Part shown: positions 50,795-61,192 of the stretch, piece after piece | How the letters are laid out: every line of letters starts with the position of its first letter | Numbering within the stretch: the first letter of the stretch is position 1 | Assembly (NCBI GenBank): GCA_963774265.1 | Contig: CAVZDU010000005.1 | Coordinates: 448,001-512,000 of the forward strand | Length of the DNA stretch: 64,000 nucleotides | From: an uncultured Chloroflexia bacterium | GTDB taxonomy: Bacteria; Chloroflexota; Anaerolineae; CG2-30-64-16 | Direction of reading: 5' to 3' | Made by a program: the position numbers and the translations under genes | The notes under the pieces: generated by a model | What the model was told of the DNA's origin: nothing | The model's database searches: none | What the model saw: the letters and a program-made list of their open reading frames with translations, nothing else

Positions 50795-50802
50795 GGGCAC
50801 TC

Positions 50803-52098
50803 CTACTTGGACTCGATGGTAACTTTGGCCGTCATGTTCCAGCGCAGCCGCGGGTCCTGGCGGTCAAGGATGACGCTGACGGTGTAGACGATGTCGCCCT
50901 GCTTGCTCTCGCCGTACGGCTCGACCATGCCCACGCGGCCCGGCAACTCCAGCCCAGGGATCGCCTCGAACGCGACAGTGACCGGTGACTCCTCGCTGAT
51001 CTCCGCTACATTCAACTCGGTCAGGTCGGTGGTTTCGACCTGCCAGGCCGACGTATCGGCCAGCAGCAGGACTGCAGCGCCCGGCGCGGCATATTCGCCT
51101 GGATGGATATCGAGCTTCATCACAGCGCCTGCGAACGGCGCAGCCAACGTGGCGTTCTTGAGCTGGCTGGCAGCCAGGTCGCGGCCAGCTTGGGCTGCCT
51201 TGAGGCTAGCCTCCAACACCGCGCGGTCATCCGCCGGCTGCTCAAGCTGCGCCAGTTGGGCCTTGGCGTTCTCAACCGCAGCCAGCGCTGCCTGGATCTG
51301 AGCCGAGCGAGGCGTCAGGCGATCGAGGCTGGCTTGCGCCGCTTGCACCTCCGCCTGGGCCGCGGACAACTCGGCCGGGGTCGGATGACCGGCTGCGGCC
51401 TGGTACGCGGCGATGGCCGCGTTGTAGTTGTTCGTCGCCTGCTGGAGCGCCAAGCTTTGCGGGAGCATGGCTAGGTTTGCGTTGGCTTTGACCTGATCGT
51501 AGGCTGCCTGCGCTTGCTCCAGGCTGGCCCTGGCGTTGGCTACCTGCGCGCTCAGTTGCGCCAAATCATCGGCAGACGGTCCCGCGGCCACGCGCACAGA
51601 ATTCTGCTGTGCAGCCGTCAGCGCCGCTCTTGCCGCGGCAAGGTCCGCCGCGCTGGGTCCCGCGGCCAGTTGGTCGTAGGCTGCCTGTGCCGAGGCCACG
51701 TTCTGCCTGGCTGCCGTCAAATCCTGCTCGGTTGGGCCGCGATCGAGCAGGTCCAGTCGAGCCTGGGCGCCGGCCAGGTTGGCTTCGGCCTGTGCAAGCT
51801 GTTGCTCGAGCACCCCGATGTCGAGCTGTGCCAGCACCTGGCCCGCGGCCACCTGCTCGCCAAGTGCAACTGGGACTTGAGACACAATGCCGCCGGTCGC
51901 AAAGCTAAGGGTTACGCTCTTGGCGGGGATCACTCGCCCCTCTGCGACAATACGGCTGGCGGGCTGTCCTCCGCCGGCGACCGTAATCGGTGCCGCGGTG
52001 GGCGTCGGTTTCACCGGTATCTCTGTCGAACGGCACCCGGCAAGAGCGAGGGCCAGCAATAAAATCACCCACAGGCTACGGATGGCGCCTTTGGTCAT
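50803..52098 (-). CDS. Membrane fusion / periplasmic adaptor lipoprotein (HlyD/MacA-like)
   Basis: Lipobox LAGC, lipoyl-like GEQVAAGQVLAQLD, long coiled coil, APFAG, LRWNMTAKV. Confidence 0.88.
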   Translation of the reverse strand: MTKGAIRSLWVILLLALALAGCRSTEIPVKPTPTAAPITVAGGGQPASRIVAEGRVIPAKSVTLSFATGGIVSQVPVALGEQVAAGQVLAQLDIGVLEQQLAQAEANLAGAQARLDLLDRGPTEQDLTAARQNVASAQAAYDQLAAGPSAADLAAARAALTAAQQNSVRVAAGPSADDLAQLSAQVANARASLEQAQAAYDQVKANANLAMLPQSLALQQATNNYNAAIAAYQAAAGHPTPAELSAAQAEVQAAQASLDRLTPRSAQIQAALAAVENAKAQLAQLEQPADDRAVLEASLKAAQAGRDLAASQLKNATLAAPFAGAVMKLDIHPGEYAAPGAAVLLLADTSAWQVETTDLTELNVAEISEESPVTVAFEAIPGLELPGRVGMVEPYGESKQGDIVYTVSVILDRQDPRLRWNMTAKVTIESK

Positions 52099-52110
52099 AT
52101 CCCACCCCCG

Positions 52111-52854
52111 TCACTGTAAGACGGCTTGCACCTGGCCGGCCACCGTTTCCCGCTCGCTCGCGGTGCTGGCTGCCAGGTCGGTCTCGCTCACAACTGTGCC
52201 GTCTTTCAGGAAGACGATGCGATCTGCGTAGGCGGCAATACGTGGGTCGTGCGTCACCATGAGCACGGCATGGCCCCACTCCTTCGCGACCTGATTCAGC
52301 AAGCCAGCGATCTCGTCCGCCGCGCGCGAATCCAGGTTCCCTGTCGGCTCATCGGCAAGGACCAGCATCGGGTCGGTGAGCAACGCGCGCGCGATCGCCA
52401 CGCGCTGCTGCTGCCCCGCGGACAGCTCGTCGGGCCGGTTGCTCAGCCGCGCGCCCAGGCCCACTCTCTCCAGCCACTCGGTTGCTCTCTCCTTGGCCTG
52501 CTTGCTGTTCTCGCCGTCCAGCAGCAGCGGCAGCGCGGCGTTGTCCACGGCGTCGAGGATCGGGATCAGGTTGAAAAACTGAAAGATGAAGCCGATCTTG
52601 CGGCGCCGGAGCTGCGACAGCGCGTTGTCGGACAGGCTCGATAGCGACTTACCGTCGATCATCACGCTGCCCTCCGTCGGCCGGTCGAGGCCGCCCAGGA
52701 GGTGCAGCAGCGTCGACTTGCCGCAGCCGCTGGGGCCCATCACCGCGACAAGCTCGCCCGCGTCCACGCTCATGTTTACGTGGTCGAGGGCGACGACCGC
52801 GGTTTCGCCTTTACCGTACACTTTGGTCAGGTTCTCGGTTCGAACGAGTGGCAT
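52111..52854 (-). CDS. ABC transporter ATP-binding protein (LolD/MacB-like)
   Basis: [36 protein letters not shown]. Confidence 0.93.
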   Translation of the reverse strand: MPLVRTENLTKVYGKGETAVVALDHVNMSVDAGELVAVMGPSGCGKSTLLHLLGGLDRPTEGSVMIDGKSLSSLSDNALSQLRRRKIGFIFQFFNLIPILDAVDNAALPLLLDGENSKQAKERATEWLERVGLGARLSNRPDELSAGQQQRVAIARALLTDPMLVLADEPTGNLDSRAADEIAGLLNQVAKEWGHAVLMVTHDPRIAAYADRIVFLKDGTVVSETDLAASTASERETVAGQVQAVLQ

Positions 52855-52869
52855 GGTTTCCTCCGGGTA

Positions 52870-53464
52870 CTAATGATTATCCGGCGTTCTTTTGGGACGT
52901 CCGCGCTGCCTGAGTTCGGGCTCAGGCAGCGGTTGGCGCTTGATTTCGTCTAGACGAGCCTCCGTCATGTCCAGCCAGCGGAGGTCCGCTTCCAGATGCA
53001 TGGCGGCTTTGTCGAGCAGCAGGATCTTGGCCAGCTCTTGACCGGCATCAGCACGCGTGCGCTGGCCCGTGATCGCATGGAGTTCCCGGTACAGGCACGT
53101 TCGTTGTGTGTGGATCAGCCGATAGGGATCGGCGGCCCCCGAGATCAGCGCGAGCATCAGCTTCATGAAGAATTCGTCGCGCTCGATGCTCCGGCAACAC
53201 GCCCTCTTCAAACCAGGCTCGCAGAGCCTGATGTCCCTCGGGTGTGATGGCGTAAATACGCTTTTCGGGCCCCCCGTCCTGCTCGATTGACTGCTCCGTG
53301 ACAAGGCCGCTTTTCTCCATGCGAGTCAATGTCGTGTAAACTTGCGCCGGCTTAACGTCCCAGTTCTCTGCGCCGCCCGCCACAGCCTCGAACGCCGCGC
53401 GCAGCTCGTACCCGTGACGCGGGCGCTGCGCCAGCAATCCGAGAACGGCATGGCGGACGGTCAA
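52870..53464 (-). CDS. PadR-family transcriptional regulator, frameshift near 53190
   Basis: LGLL..PRHGYEL, QVYTTL.R, YAITPEG, RDEFFMKL, HLEADLRWL. Confidence 0.88.
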
Positions 53465-53490
53465 CTGACACCTCTGATGAAGGTCAAAAT

Positions 53491-53552
53491 GTTACTACTC
53501 TACAAGTTACTAGATTCGGAGAAATAATACAACGAGTTACTAGATTTGTCAA
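53491..53552 (-). promoter_or_regulatory. Consensus promoter of the padR operon with three direct repeats (probable PadR operators)
   Basis: TTGACA-N17-TATTAT; agttactagatt at 53505-53516 and 53535-53546, gttacta at 53491-53497. Confidence 0.7.
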
Positions 53553-54045
53553 GAGGGAGCCGCAGGTGAACATCTACGCTGTCGCGACCATATTGGACAA
53601 AGCCCTGCGATGCGTAGAACGCCAGGGCATTTCTCCAATGCGGTTCTGTGAACACATGCAGGTCGAAGGCGCCGCGGCGTTGCGCGGCCGCCTTGCACGC
53701 GGCCACCAATGCCGATGCGATCCCACACCTTCTGTGCCCGGCGTCCACGGACATGCGGACGATGCGCGCCACGCCGGCTGACTCGAAGATCAGGCCGGCG
53801 GTGCCAACGATCCGGCCGTCGAGCTCCGCGATGAAGAACTCACTCCCGCGACGACTGAAGTGTGCGTCGATGTCGTCGAGGTCCGGGTTGGCTGTCTCGT
53901 CGATGAACCCAAAGTGCTCGCCGAGCCCGGTCAGTACGAGGGCCCGGGTCTCGGCCTGGTCGGCCGGTCGAAACGGCCGGATCAGGACGCCCTGCTGTTT
54001 TGTGATGTCGTCCTCTGTGTTCGTTGGGCAGTTATAGGCGTTCAC
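53500..54045 (-). CDS. GNAT-family N-acetyltransferase
   Basis: IRPF, IVGTAGL, RMSV..HRRCGIA, ALAFY..GF. Confidence 0.8.
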   Translation of the reverse strand: MNAYNCPTNTEDDITKQQGVLIRPFRPADQAETRALVLTGLGEHFGFIDETANPDLDDIDAHFSRRGSEFFIAELDGRIVGTAGLIFESAGVARIVRMSVDAGHRRCGIASALVAACKAAAQRRGAFDLHVFTEPHWRNALAFYASQGFVQYGRDSVDVHLRLPLDKSSNSLYYFSESSNL

Positions 54046-54593
54046 GATAGGCCCCGTACGCGGTATTTATGCTGCACGAAGCCGAAATCATAGACTTGCG
54101 TGGCGATGTGGGTCAGGTGCATATCGGCAGGCAGCGGGCCGAACAGCGGCTTGCCCGCGCCTAGGAGAATGGGGAGGACGGTGACGGTGAGATCGTCGAT
54201 CAATCCCGCGGCCAGAAAGCTCTGGATCGTCCGGCCGCCGTCGATGTAGAGATGGCGCGCGCCGTCCGCAGAGAGCCTGGCGACGAGAACTGCCGGCGCC
54301 TCTTGAGAGATCGAGACGGTAGGGGGCGCTTTGCCCGGCAGCGAGCGGAGGGTGTGGCTCATAACAATCACCGGTGTGACGCCATAGGGCCACTCGTCGA
54401 ACGTCAGCACCTGCTCGAAGGTGTTGCGGCCCATGATGAGCGCGTCCACGGTCGCCATGAACTGGGCGAAGCCGAAGTCCTCACCGGGCGGTACGCCGGT
54501 ATTAGCCTGTTCCAGCCAGTCGATGGCCCCGTCGGAGCGCGCGATGAAGCCGTCGAGGCTGACGCCAACGAAGACGGAACATTTAGCGGTCAT
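54042..54593 (-). CDS. Dihydrofolate reductase / RibD C-terminal domain protein
   Basis: SLDGFIA, MGRNTF, YIDGG, PILLG.G.PLF. Confidence 0.88.
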   Translation of the reverse strand: MTAKCSVFVGVSLDGFIARSDGAIDWLEQANTGVPPGEDFGFAQFMATVDALIMGRNTFEQVLTFDEWPYGVTPVIVMSHTLRSLPGKAPPTVSISQEAPAVLVARLSADGARHLYIDGGRTIQSFLAAGLIDDLTVTVLPILLGAGKPLFGPLPADMHLTHIATQVYDFGFVQHKYRVRGLS

Positions 54594-54622
54594 TCTCAAG
54601 GTCCTCCCTTCTTCACAACTGC

Positions 54623-54651
54623 TTGTGATCCGTTTGAGCACCGATTATACT
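54623..54651 (+). promoter_or_regulatory. Putative sigma70 promoter
   Basis: TTGTGA-N17-TATACT. Confidence 0.45.
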
Positions 54652-54677
54652 ACAGGAACGAATCAGGAGACTTGAGC

Positions 54678-55055
54678 ATGACCGGCACAACCGAACTGGA
54701 GAACTTCCTCGCCGTCCATCCCGCGAACATCCGCGATCTCGCCTTGTACGGTCGCACGCTGATCCTTGACATCTTCCCCGACGCGGTCGAGATGCTGGAT
54801 GAGCCCGCGCGGCTGGTGGGATACGGGACCGATCGCACGTACAAAGGGCTGGTGTGCGGCCTCGCACTGCAACGCGCCTACGTCAATCTGATGTTTGCAC
54901 GCGGTGCGGAGCTGCCCGATCCTACGGGCCTGCTGCAGGGGACCGGCAAACGCGGACGGCACGTCAAGCTGCGCCGGCAGGAGGATGTCGACGATCCCGC
55001 GGTGGCCGCGCTGCTTCGCGCGGCGCTGGCGCTGCACAGGCAGGCGGAGGGGTGA
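54678..55055 (+). CDS. DUF1801 (YdhG-like) protein
   Basis: YVNLMF.RGAEL.DP.GLLQGTGKR.RHVKL; RBS aggag. Confidence 0.75.
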   Translation: MTGTTELENFLAVHPANIRDLALYGRTLILDIFPDAVEMLDEPARLVGYGTDRTYKGLVCGLALQRAYVNLMFARGAELPDPTGLLQGTGKRGRHVKLRRQEDVDDPAVAALLRAALALHRQAEG

Positions 55056-55693
55056 CCACGTGCGCCCACCCCTGGCCGTCGCTGGATGAAGTCACGCTCC
55101 GGGAGGCCGCTGCAGAGCTGGCCGGCCGCGATGGCCGGCTGGCGCGTATCTTCGACGCATATGGTCCGCCGCCTTTGTGGAGCCGTGAACCCGGCTTCCC
55201 CACCCTGCTCCGCATCATACTGGAACAGCAGGTGTCGCTGGCCTCGGCCAGGGCCGCGTACGACAAGCTACTTCTCATTGCGTCACCACTCACGCCAGAC
55301 CGATTTCTGGCGCTGGATGACGCGGCGCTCAAGGGGGCCGGCTTTAGCCGCCAGAAAGCGTGCTACGGTCGTGAGTTGGCAGCAGCGGTCAGGTCCGGCA
55401 GGCTCGATCTGGATCACCTGGGAATGCTGGACGATGATGCGGTGCGCCGCGAGTTGATGACCGTAAAGGGCATCGGTCGGTGGACTGCGGAAATCTATCT
55501 GCTAATGGCGCTGGGCCGGCCCGATGTGTGGCCGAGAGGCGATCTGGCGTTGGCGACCGCGGCCGGCCGCGCGCTTAACCTGGCGACTGCGCCAGGTTAC
55601 GAGCAGCTGGAGGCCCTGGCGGACGCGTGGCGGCCGTGGCGCGCGGTCGCCGCGCGGTTGCTGTGGCACTTCTATCTGAGCGAAAAGGCCTGA
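55052..55693 (+). CDS. DNA-3-methyladenine glycosylase II (AlkA/HhH-GPD family)
   Basis: ILEQQVS, KGIGRWTA, P.GD, WRPWR..AA..LW. Confidence 0.88.
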   Translation: MTTCAHPWPSLDEVTLREAAAELAGRDGRLARIFDAYGPPPLWSREPGFPTLLRIILEQQVSLASARAAYDKLLLIASPLTPDRFLALDDAALKGAGFSRQKACYGRELAAAVRSGRLDLDHLGMLDDDAVRRELMTVKGIGRWTAEIYLLMALGRPDVWPRGDLALATAAGRALNLATAPGYEQLEALADAWRPWRAVAARLLWHFYLSEKA

Positions 55694-55923
55694 GACCTGT
55701 TGATCGGATCAGCCTGGACACTTGACCTGAACATTAGTTAATCATGTGCATGACGGATTTCACTTCGGTTTCATTTGGCCCCGTTACACTAACCAGACGA
55801 GGTAGACCAGGCACCTCCAACTCCATCACAACACGGAAGGCAAGTTGTCAGAAGCCTACCGTCTGTCTCAGGCAAATGCGCGACATACGTTTTGACTTGC
55901 GTGATTCGCAGCGGAAAGCGGCC

Positions 55924-57078
55924 ATGGCCTTCGACTTCGATCGTGTCATCGAACGCCGCACTACGGATAGCATCAAGTGGCGCCGGTATGGAGAGGCCAT
56001 TCCTATGTGGGTGGCTGACATGGATTTTGCAGCACCGGAAGCTGTGATTCAGGCGCTTCATGCCCGGGTGGATCATGGCGTATTCGGCTACCCAGACGAG
56101 CCACCTATGCTGCGCGAGACGATCTGCACGTGGTTGCAGCGGCGCTTCGGTTGGACCGTTTCTTCCGACGCGTTCGTTTTCGCATCCGGCGTGGTTTCAG
56201 CCTTCAATGTCGCGTGTCGCGCCTTCTGTGCGTCGGGCGACGGCGTGTTGGTGCAGGCGCCGGTGTATCCTCACATTCGCACTGCGCCGGCTAACTTCAA
56301 TCTGTCGTGCGACGAGATGGAGCTGACTCAGGATTCAAGCGGCCGCTATACGGTGGACTACAGCTGCATGGCGAACACCATAACGGACCGAACACGGCTC
56401 TTCCTGTTGTGCAATCCTCACAACCCGACAGGCCGCGCCTTCACTCGCGACGAGTTGATAGACATGGCCGACATCTGTCTGCGCCGGGGATTGACGATCT
56501 GCTCCGACGAGATTCACTGCGACTTGATCTTTGAGCCCCATCAGCACTTGCCGATCGCCAGCCTCGATGCGGAGATCGCACGCCACACCATCACGCTGAT
56601 GGCGCCGAGCAAGACATTCAACCTCCCGGGCCTGGGTTCTGCATTCGCGATTATCGAGGATCCCGACCTGCGGCAGCGATTCAGGATGGCCAGTCGCGAC
56701 ATCGTGCCCCACACAAACGTGTTAGGCTACACCGCCGCGCTGGCCGCCTACACCGAGGGCGAGCCGTGGCTGGAGGCGTGCATCGCTTACCTGCGCCAGA
56801 ACCGTGATACCCTGATGCAGTTCGTTGCAGAGCGGCTGTCTGGCGTTTTCATGGCCTTACCCGAGGCGACCTACCTCGCATGGCTGGACTTTCGGGCGGC
56901 AGGCCTGGGCGAAGATCCCCAGCAGTTCTTTCTCAAACATGCCGGAGTCGCTCTGAAGGAGGCTGCAGCATTTGGCCCGGGCAGCGAAGGGTTCGCGCGT
57001 CTCAACTTTGGCTGTCCCCGCAGCACACTTTTCGAAGCTCTGGAGCGGATGGAGTGCGCTCTGCGTGGCCGGCAGTGA
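55924..57078 (+). CDS. MalY/PatB-family PLP-dependent C-S lyase
   Basis: PMWVADMDF, CNPHNP.GR, SDEIH, APSKTFN, TYLAWLD. Confidence 0.92.
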   Translation: MAFDFDRVIERRTTDSIKWRRYGEAIPMWVADMDFAAPEAVIQALHARVDHGVFGYPDEPPMLRETICTWLQRRFGWTVSSDAFVFASGVVSAFNVACRAFCASGDGVLVQAPVYPHIRTAPANFNLSCDEMELTQDSSGRYTVDYSCMANTITDRTRLFLLCNPHNPTGRAFTRDELIDMADICLRRGLTICSDEIHCDLIFEPHQHLPIASLDAEIARHTITLMAPSKTFNLPGLGSAFAIIEDPDLRQRFRMASRDIVPHTNVLGYTAALAAYTEGEPWLEACIAYLRQNRDTLMQFVAERLSGVFMALPEATYLAWLDFRAAGLGEDPQQFFLKHAGVALKEAAAFGPGSEGFARLNFGCPRSTLFEALERMECALRGRQ

Positions 57079-57216
57079 TAGCCCCTTTTGAAATGCGACA
57101 GCCAGGGTGCAGCCTTCAAACACGCTTATCGAGGCCGCAGGGTCCCGAAGACAAGGCCGGCTTCAGCAACGTGTGCGTTTTATCTGGACTTTGGTTGGGC
57201 TTGGAGGTACCTTCCA

Positions 57217-58218
57217 GTGGAGTTATTTGGAAAGAACATCTTGATTACAGGCGGGGCCGGGTTCATCGGCAGCCATCTGGTCGACCGGGTTGTGGCCGCC
57301 GGCAACTGCGTGACGATCATCGACGATTTCTCCTGCGGCAAAGAGGCGAACGTCCACCACCACCGGGGCAATCCGCTGGTGCGCATCATTCGGGCAGACA
57401 TCCGCAATTATGACGAGCTAGATCGCGCCATGAGGGGCGTGGACGTGGTCCTGCACTTGGCCGTCTGCTGCGCGCGCACCTCGGCCTCCAACCCGGCCCA
57501 AGCCGATGGAGTGAACGCCGTTGGCTCGCTGAACGTGTGCGAGGCCGCCCGGCGGCATCGTGTCAGGCGGCTGATATATGTCTCTTCGGTTGGCGTGTAT
57601 GGCGACGCCCAGTACTTGCCTGTGGACGAGAGGCACCCCCTTTGGCCAACGAACATGTATGGAGCCAGCAAGGCCGCCGGTGAGATGCACGCCCTCAGCT
57701 ATTGGAAAACCTATGGCCTGCCCACAGCCATCGTCCGGCTGTCGAGCACCTACGGCCCGCGCGAGCCGTCGGAGGGCAGGCGCGCCGAAGTAATACCCAA
57801 GTTCGTGATGCGCATTCGGGCTGGCGAGCGGCCAATCATCTGGGGCACCGGCGAGCAGACCCGCGATTTCACCTACGTGGACGACATCGTGCGCGGTCTG
57901 CTCCTTGCCACGGAATGCGACGCCCTGGTTGGCGAATGTGTGAACCTGGGCCGGGGGCAGGATGTGAGCATCGGGACGGTGTGTCGCATGATCCTGCAGA
58001 AGCTGGATCGCCCGGACCTGGAACCTGTTTTCGTCCCCAACGGGTCATCGCCGGATCGCGATCGGGCCGTTATCAATGTTTGCAAAGCAGGGCAGTTGTT
58101 TGGCTTTAAGGCCTACGTCGATATCGACGCAGGCCTGGATAGCTACATCCAGTGGATACGCCAGCAGGACCTGGACCTGAAGTGCTGGCTGGAGCAGGAT
58201 CGAACGCCGGGGACCTGA
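57217..58218 (+). CDS. NAD-dependent epimerase/dehydratase (extended SDR)
   Basis: TGGAGFIGSH, YGASK, G.GEQTRDF. Confidence 0.88.
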   Translation: MELFGKNILITGGAGFIGSHLVDRVVAAGNCVTIIDDFSCGKEANVHHHRGNPLVRIIRADIRNYDELDRAMRGVDVVLHLAVCCARTSASNPAQADGVNAVGSLNVCEAARRHRVRRLIYVSSVGVYGDAQYLPVDERHPLWPTNMYGASKAAGEMHALSYWKTYGLPTAIVRLSSTYGPREPSEGRRAEVIPKFVMRIRAGERPIIWGTGEQTRDFTYVDDIVRGLLLATECDALVGECVNLGRGQDVSIGTVCRMILQKLDRPDLEPVFVPNGSSPDRDRAVINVCKAGQLFGFKAYVDIDAGLDSYIQWIRQQDLDLKCWLEQDRTPGT

Positions 58219-58233
58219 AAACAGAATTCCTTC

Positions 58234-58324
58234 TTGACAAGCACTGGCTCTCGTGCTAAACTGTGCAAGTGTTCGCTGATTGTGCAATTGCACATCCTCT
58301 TCGCCGCTTCGTTCAGTTGCACAG
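58234..58324 (+). promoter_or_regulatory. Strong promoter plus palindromic operator(s) of the ROK operon
   Basis: TTGACA-N17-TAAACT with TGn; TGTGCAATTGCACA at 58281-58294; extra half-sites ctgtgcaa (58261) and ttgcacag (58317). Confidence 0.7.
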
Positions 58325-58367
58325 ACCTGTATAGTTTGAACCGCACTTAGCCGGTGAGGGTGCTCAT

Positions 58368-59324
58368 ATGGAACCCTGGGTTGTCGGCATAGATCTCGGC
58401 GCGACCAAGGTGGCTCTCGGCCTGATCGATCCTGAGAATCGGATTGTGGCTCGCAGGCGCTTTGCGATGACCGAGGCGCCTTCTGCAGCTGCCGTCGTGG
58501 ACCGCATCGCCGGAGCGGTGACCGAACTATCCGCCAGCCTGCCCTTCGGCCAGCACCCTGTCGGCGTGGCCCTGTGCAGTCCCGGCCCGCTCGATCACCA
58601 GAGCGGCATCATCCTCGATCCTCCTAACGTACCTGCCCTGCACAACGTCCCGCTTGCGCAACTCCTCCAAGATCGACTGGCCCTGCCGGTTCGCCTGGAG
58701 CACGACGCCAAGGCCGCCGCCTTGGGCGAGTACTATTACGGTGCGGGAAAAGGCGCCCGGAGCATGGTGTATATCGTCGTCGGCACGGGGGTCGGCGCGG
58801 CGATCATCGTGGACGGCCAACTATTCCGGGGGGAACACAACTCCGCGGGCGAGATCGGTCACGTCACCATCGATCCGCACGGCGAGCGTTGTTCTTGCGG
58901 CTCGATCGGCTGCGTCGAGACGTTCCTCGCCGGCCCTGGGCTGGTGCGGGCATATCGCCGCTCACTGCAGGAGGCCGCGATCTTGCCCCCAGGCGCGCCC
59001 AGCCCTGACGAGGTGACGGGCGAGGTGGTCGCCCGCCGCGTGGCAGGGGGTGATCCACTGGCCGTGGTCGCGATGGCGCGTGCCGGCGAAGCGCTGGGCG
59101 TCGCAGTCGCCTCCCTGGCGATGATCCTCAATATCGACCTCTATGTTATTGGCAGCAGCGTGTCCAAGGCGGGTGATCTGTTGCTCCAACCTGCACGCGA
59201 GGCTGTGCCGCGCCACGCCTTCCGCTCGGTCGCCAGCCGCGTGCGGATCGTTAGCTGCGACCTGCCGGATGACGGGCCCATTCTCGGGTGCGGCTGGATC
59301 ATCCGCCAGGCGGTGCGGTCATAG
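58368..59324 (+). CDS. ROK-family sugar kinase
   Basis: GIDLGATK, GTGVG, GEIGH, CSCG..GC.E; no N-terminal HTH. Confidence 0.88.
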   Translation: MEPWVVGIDLGATKVALGLIDPENRIVARRRFAMTEAPSAAAVVDRIAGAVTELSASLPFGQHPVGVALCSPGPLDHQSGIILDPPNVPALHNVPLAQLLQDRLALPVRLEHDAKAAALGEYYYGAGKGARSMVYIVVGTGVGAAIIVDGQLFRGEHNSAGEIGHVTIDPHGERCSCGSIGCVETFLAGPGLVRAYRRSLQEAAILPPGAPSPDEVTGEVVARRVAGGDPLAVVAMARAGEALGVAVASLAMILNIDLYVIGSSVSKAGDLLLQPAREAVPRHAFRSVASRVRIVSCDLPDDGPILGCGWIIRQAVRS

Positions 59325-59358
59325 TGGAGACCTGTTGTCCATCCGAGGAGGCTTCAAG

Positions 59359-60414
59359 ATGGTGATTCGTATCGGCATCGTCGGTTGTGGCTCCATCAGC
59401 GAGTTCCGGCACGTCCCCGAGTACGCCGCCAATCGCAGCGCCAGGCTCGTCGCCTATTGCGACCCGCAGGGGGACAGGGCCGCGAGACTGGCAGCCAGGT
59501 ACGGCGGGCGGGTCGCGACCGATTACCGTGAGATCATCGAAGACCCGGAGATTGATGCCATCAGCGATTGCTCGACAAACGAGATGCATCACATTATCAC
59601 TACGGCTGCACTGGAGCACGACAAGCACGTACTTTGCGAGAAACCGATGGCGTTGACCCGCGAAGGCGCCCACATGATGCTGGATGCGAGCCGTAAGTCG
59701 GGCAAGATCTTGATGCTCGGCCACAACCAGCGCCTCGCCCCCGCGCACCGTAAGGCCAGGGCCATTCTCGAGGGCGGAGAGCTCGGCAAGGTGCTGACCT
59801 TCGCCACCGTCTTCGGGCACAAAGGCCCCGAGTACTGGAGCGCCGACAAGAGCAAGGCAACGTGGTTCTTCGATCGCGTCCGTTCGGGGTTCGGCGTCAC
59901 CGGCGACCTGGGCATCCACAAGGTGGATCTCCTGCGTTACTTGTTGGATGATGAATTTGTTGAGGTTTGCGCCCAGGAAGGGGTCCTCGACAAGGTCGAC
60001 TCCTCAGGTCAGCCCATTTCCAGCAGCGACAACCTGGTGGCTTTGCTCAAGACCGAACGCGGTGCTTTCGGCACGCTGACGGTGAGTTGGACCCACTACG
60101 GCCCCGAGAGCAATAGCACTACGCTCTACTGCCAGCGCGGGATCATGCAACTGTACGGCGATCCCACCTATCAGATCGTGATCCGGAAGGTTGATGGCGA
60201 GGAGGCGCTGTATAAGGTCGGCGAGATCCAGACCAACGACAACCAGACGAACAGCGGCGTCATCGACGCCTTCATCGATGCCATCCAGCGCGGTGTCCCG
60301 CCGCCCATTACCGGTGAGGACGGTCTGCGAGGGTTGGAGGTCGTGTGGGCCGCAGTAGAATCGGCGGCTAAGGGGGTCAGGGTTCGGGTGTCACATGAGG
60401 GGCGAGGTCTGTAA
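59359..60414 (+). CDS. Gfo/Idh/MocA-family oxidoreductase
   Basis: GIVGCG, HVLCEKP, GHNQR, DLGIH. Confidence 0.9.
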   Translation: MVIRIGIVGCGSISEFRHVPEYAANRSARLVAYCDPQGDRAARLAARYGGRVATDYREIIEDPEIDAISDCSTNEMHHIITTAALEHDKHVLCEKPMALTREGAHMMLDASRKSGKILMLGHNQRLAPAHRKARAILEGGELGKVLTFATVFGHKGPEYWSADKSKATWFFDRVRSGFGVTGDLGIHKVDLLRYLLDDEFVEVCAQEGVLDKVDSSGQPISSSDNLVALLKTERGAFGTLTVSWTHYGPESNSTTLYCQRGIMQLYGDPTYQIVIRKVDGEEALYKVGEIQTNDNQTNSGVIDAFIDAIQRGVPPPITGEDGLRGLEVVWAAVESAAKGVRVRVSHEGRGL

Positions 60415-60417
60415 GAG

Positions 60418-61188
60418 ATGAAAGAAACCATCGGGAAGATTGACGGCAGGACCAAAATCGCGGCCGGCCTGTTCTGGGCCGATTACGGCGTTCTTGGCGC
60501 CCAGGTGGAGGAACTGACTGCAGGCGGCGTGGATTGGATCCACCTGGAGATGCGCGACGGCAAATACATGAACTTCAGCGTTCCGCGCGGCGGCATCGAT
60601 ATTCTCGAAGGGGCGCGCGACCACACCGATCTGGACATCGAAGTCCAGCTACAGATGATGCGACCTGATCACGAACTGTTCCGCCAGTTGGCGGACGCGG
60701 GCGCCAATCCGATTTCCCTGCCCATCGAGACCACCGGGGAAACCCTGATCCAGAGCATCTCCTACATCAAAGAGACTCTGGGCCTCAAAGTAGGCGTATG
60801 GGCCTGGCAGGGTTGCCCATTGGTTTTCTTCGATCCCTACCTGCCGTTCGTAGACATCATCGAATACGAGAGCCGGGCGCCGTTCTGGGCGCCGTTGAAG
60901 CCGGGACAGAGCCCGCATACGATCGACCCGATCGTGATCGAAAGCATCGGCACGCTCCATGACATGTTGGTCGGCCGTGGAGTCGCGGACCGGGTCGATC
61001 TGATGGAAGACGGAGGCCTGAACGCCGGCAACGTCGCGCAGTTTGTTGCCGCGGGCATGACCGTGGGCGAATTCTCCTCGCCGCTGCTCAAGGGTCCGGG
61101 CGGCAAGCTGCGCCCCGGCACGGGCGAAATCGCGGCCGCCGTGGCCCGCGTGCGTGCGGCGCTCGATCGGGCCGTGGCCGGCAGGTAA
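60418..61188 (+). CDS. Divergent ribulose-phosphate 3-epimerase-like protein
   Basis: AD...L..Q, GVDWIHLEMRDG, EDGGLN, FVAAG; metal ligands altered. Confidence 0.7.
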   Translation: MKETIGKIDGRTKIAAGLFWADYGVLGAQVEELTAGGVDWIHLEMRDGKYMNFSVPRGGIDILEGARDHTDLDIEVQLQMMRPDHELFRQLADAGANPISLPIETTGETLIQSISYIKETLGLKVGVWAWQGCPLVFFDPYLPFVDIIEYESRAPFWAPLKPGQSPHTIDPIVIESIGTLHDMLVGRGVADRVDLMEDGGLNAGNVAQFVAAGMTVGEFSSPLLKGPGGKLRPGTGEIAAAVARVRAALDRAVAGR

Positions 61189-61192
61189 CACG

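Noticed and set aside
57120-57180. SAM-I riboswitch-like words (cttatc..gag, cagcaac) upstream of the epimerase
   Set aside because: The P2 kink-turn/pseudoknot, P4 and the closing GAU strand cannot be built, and the downstream gene is not methionine-related.
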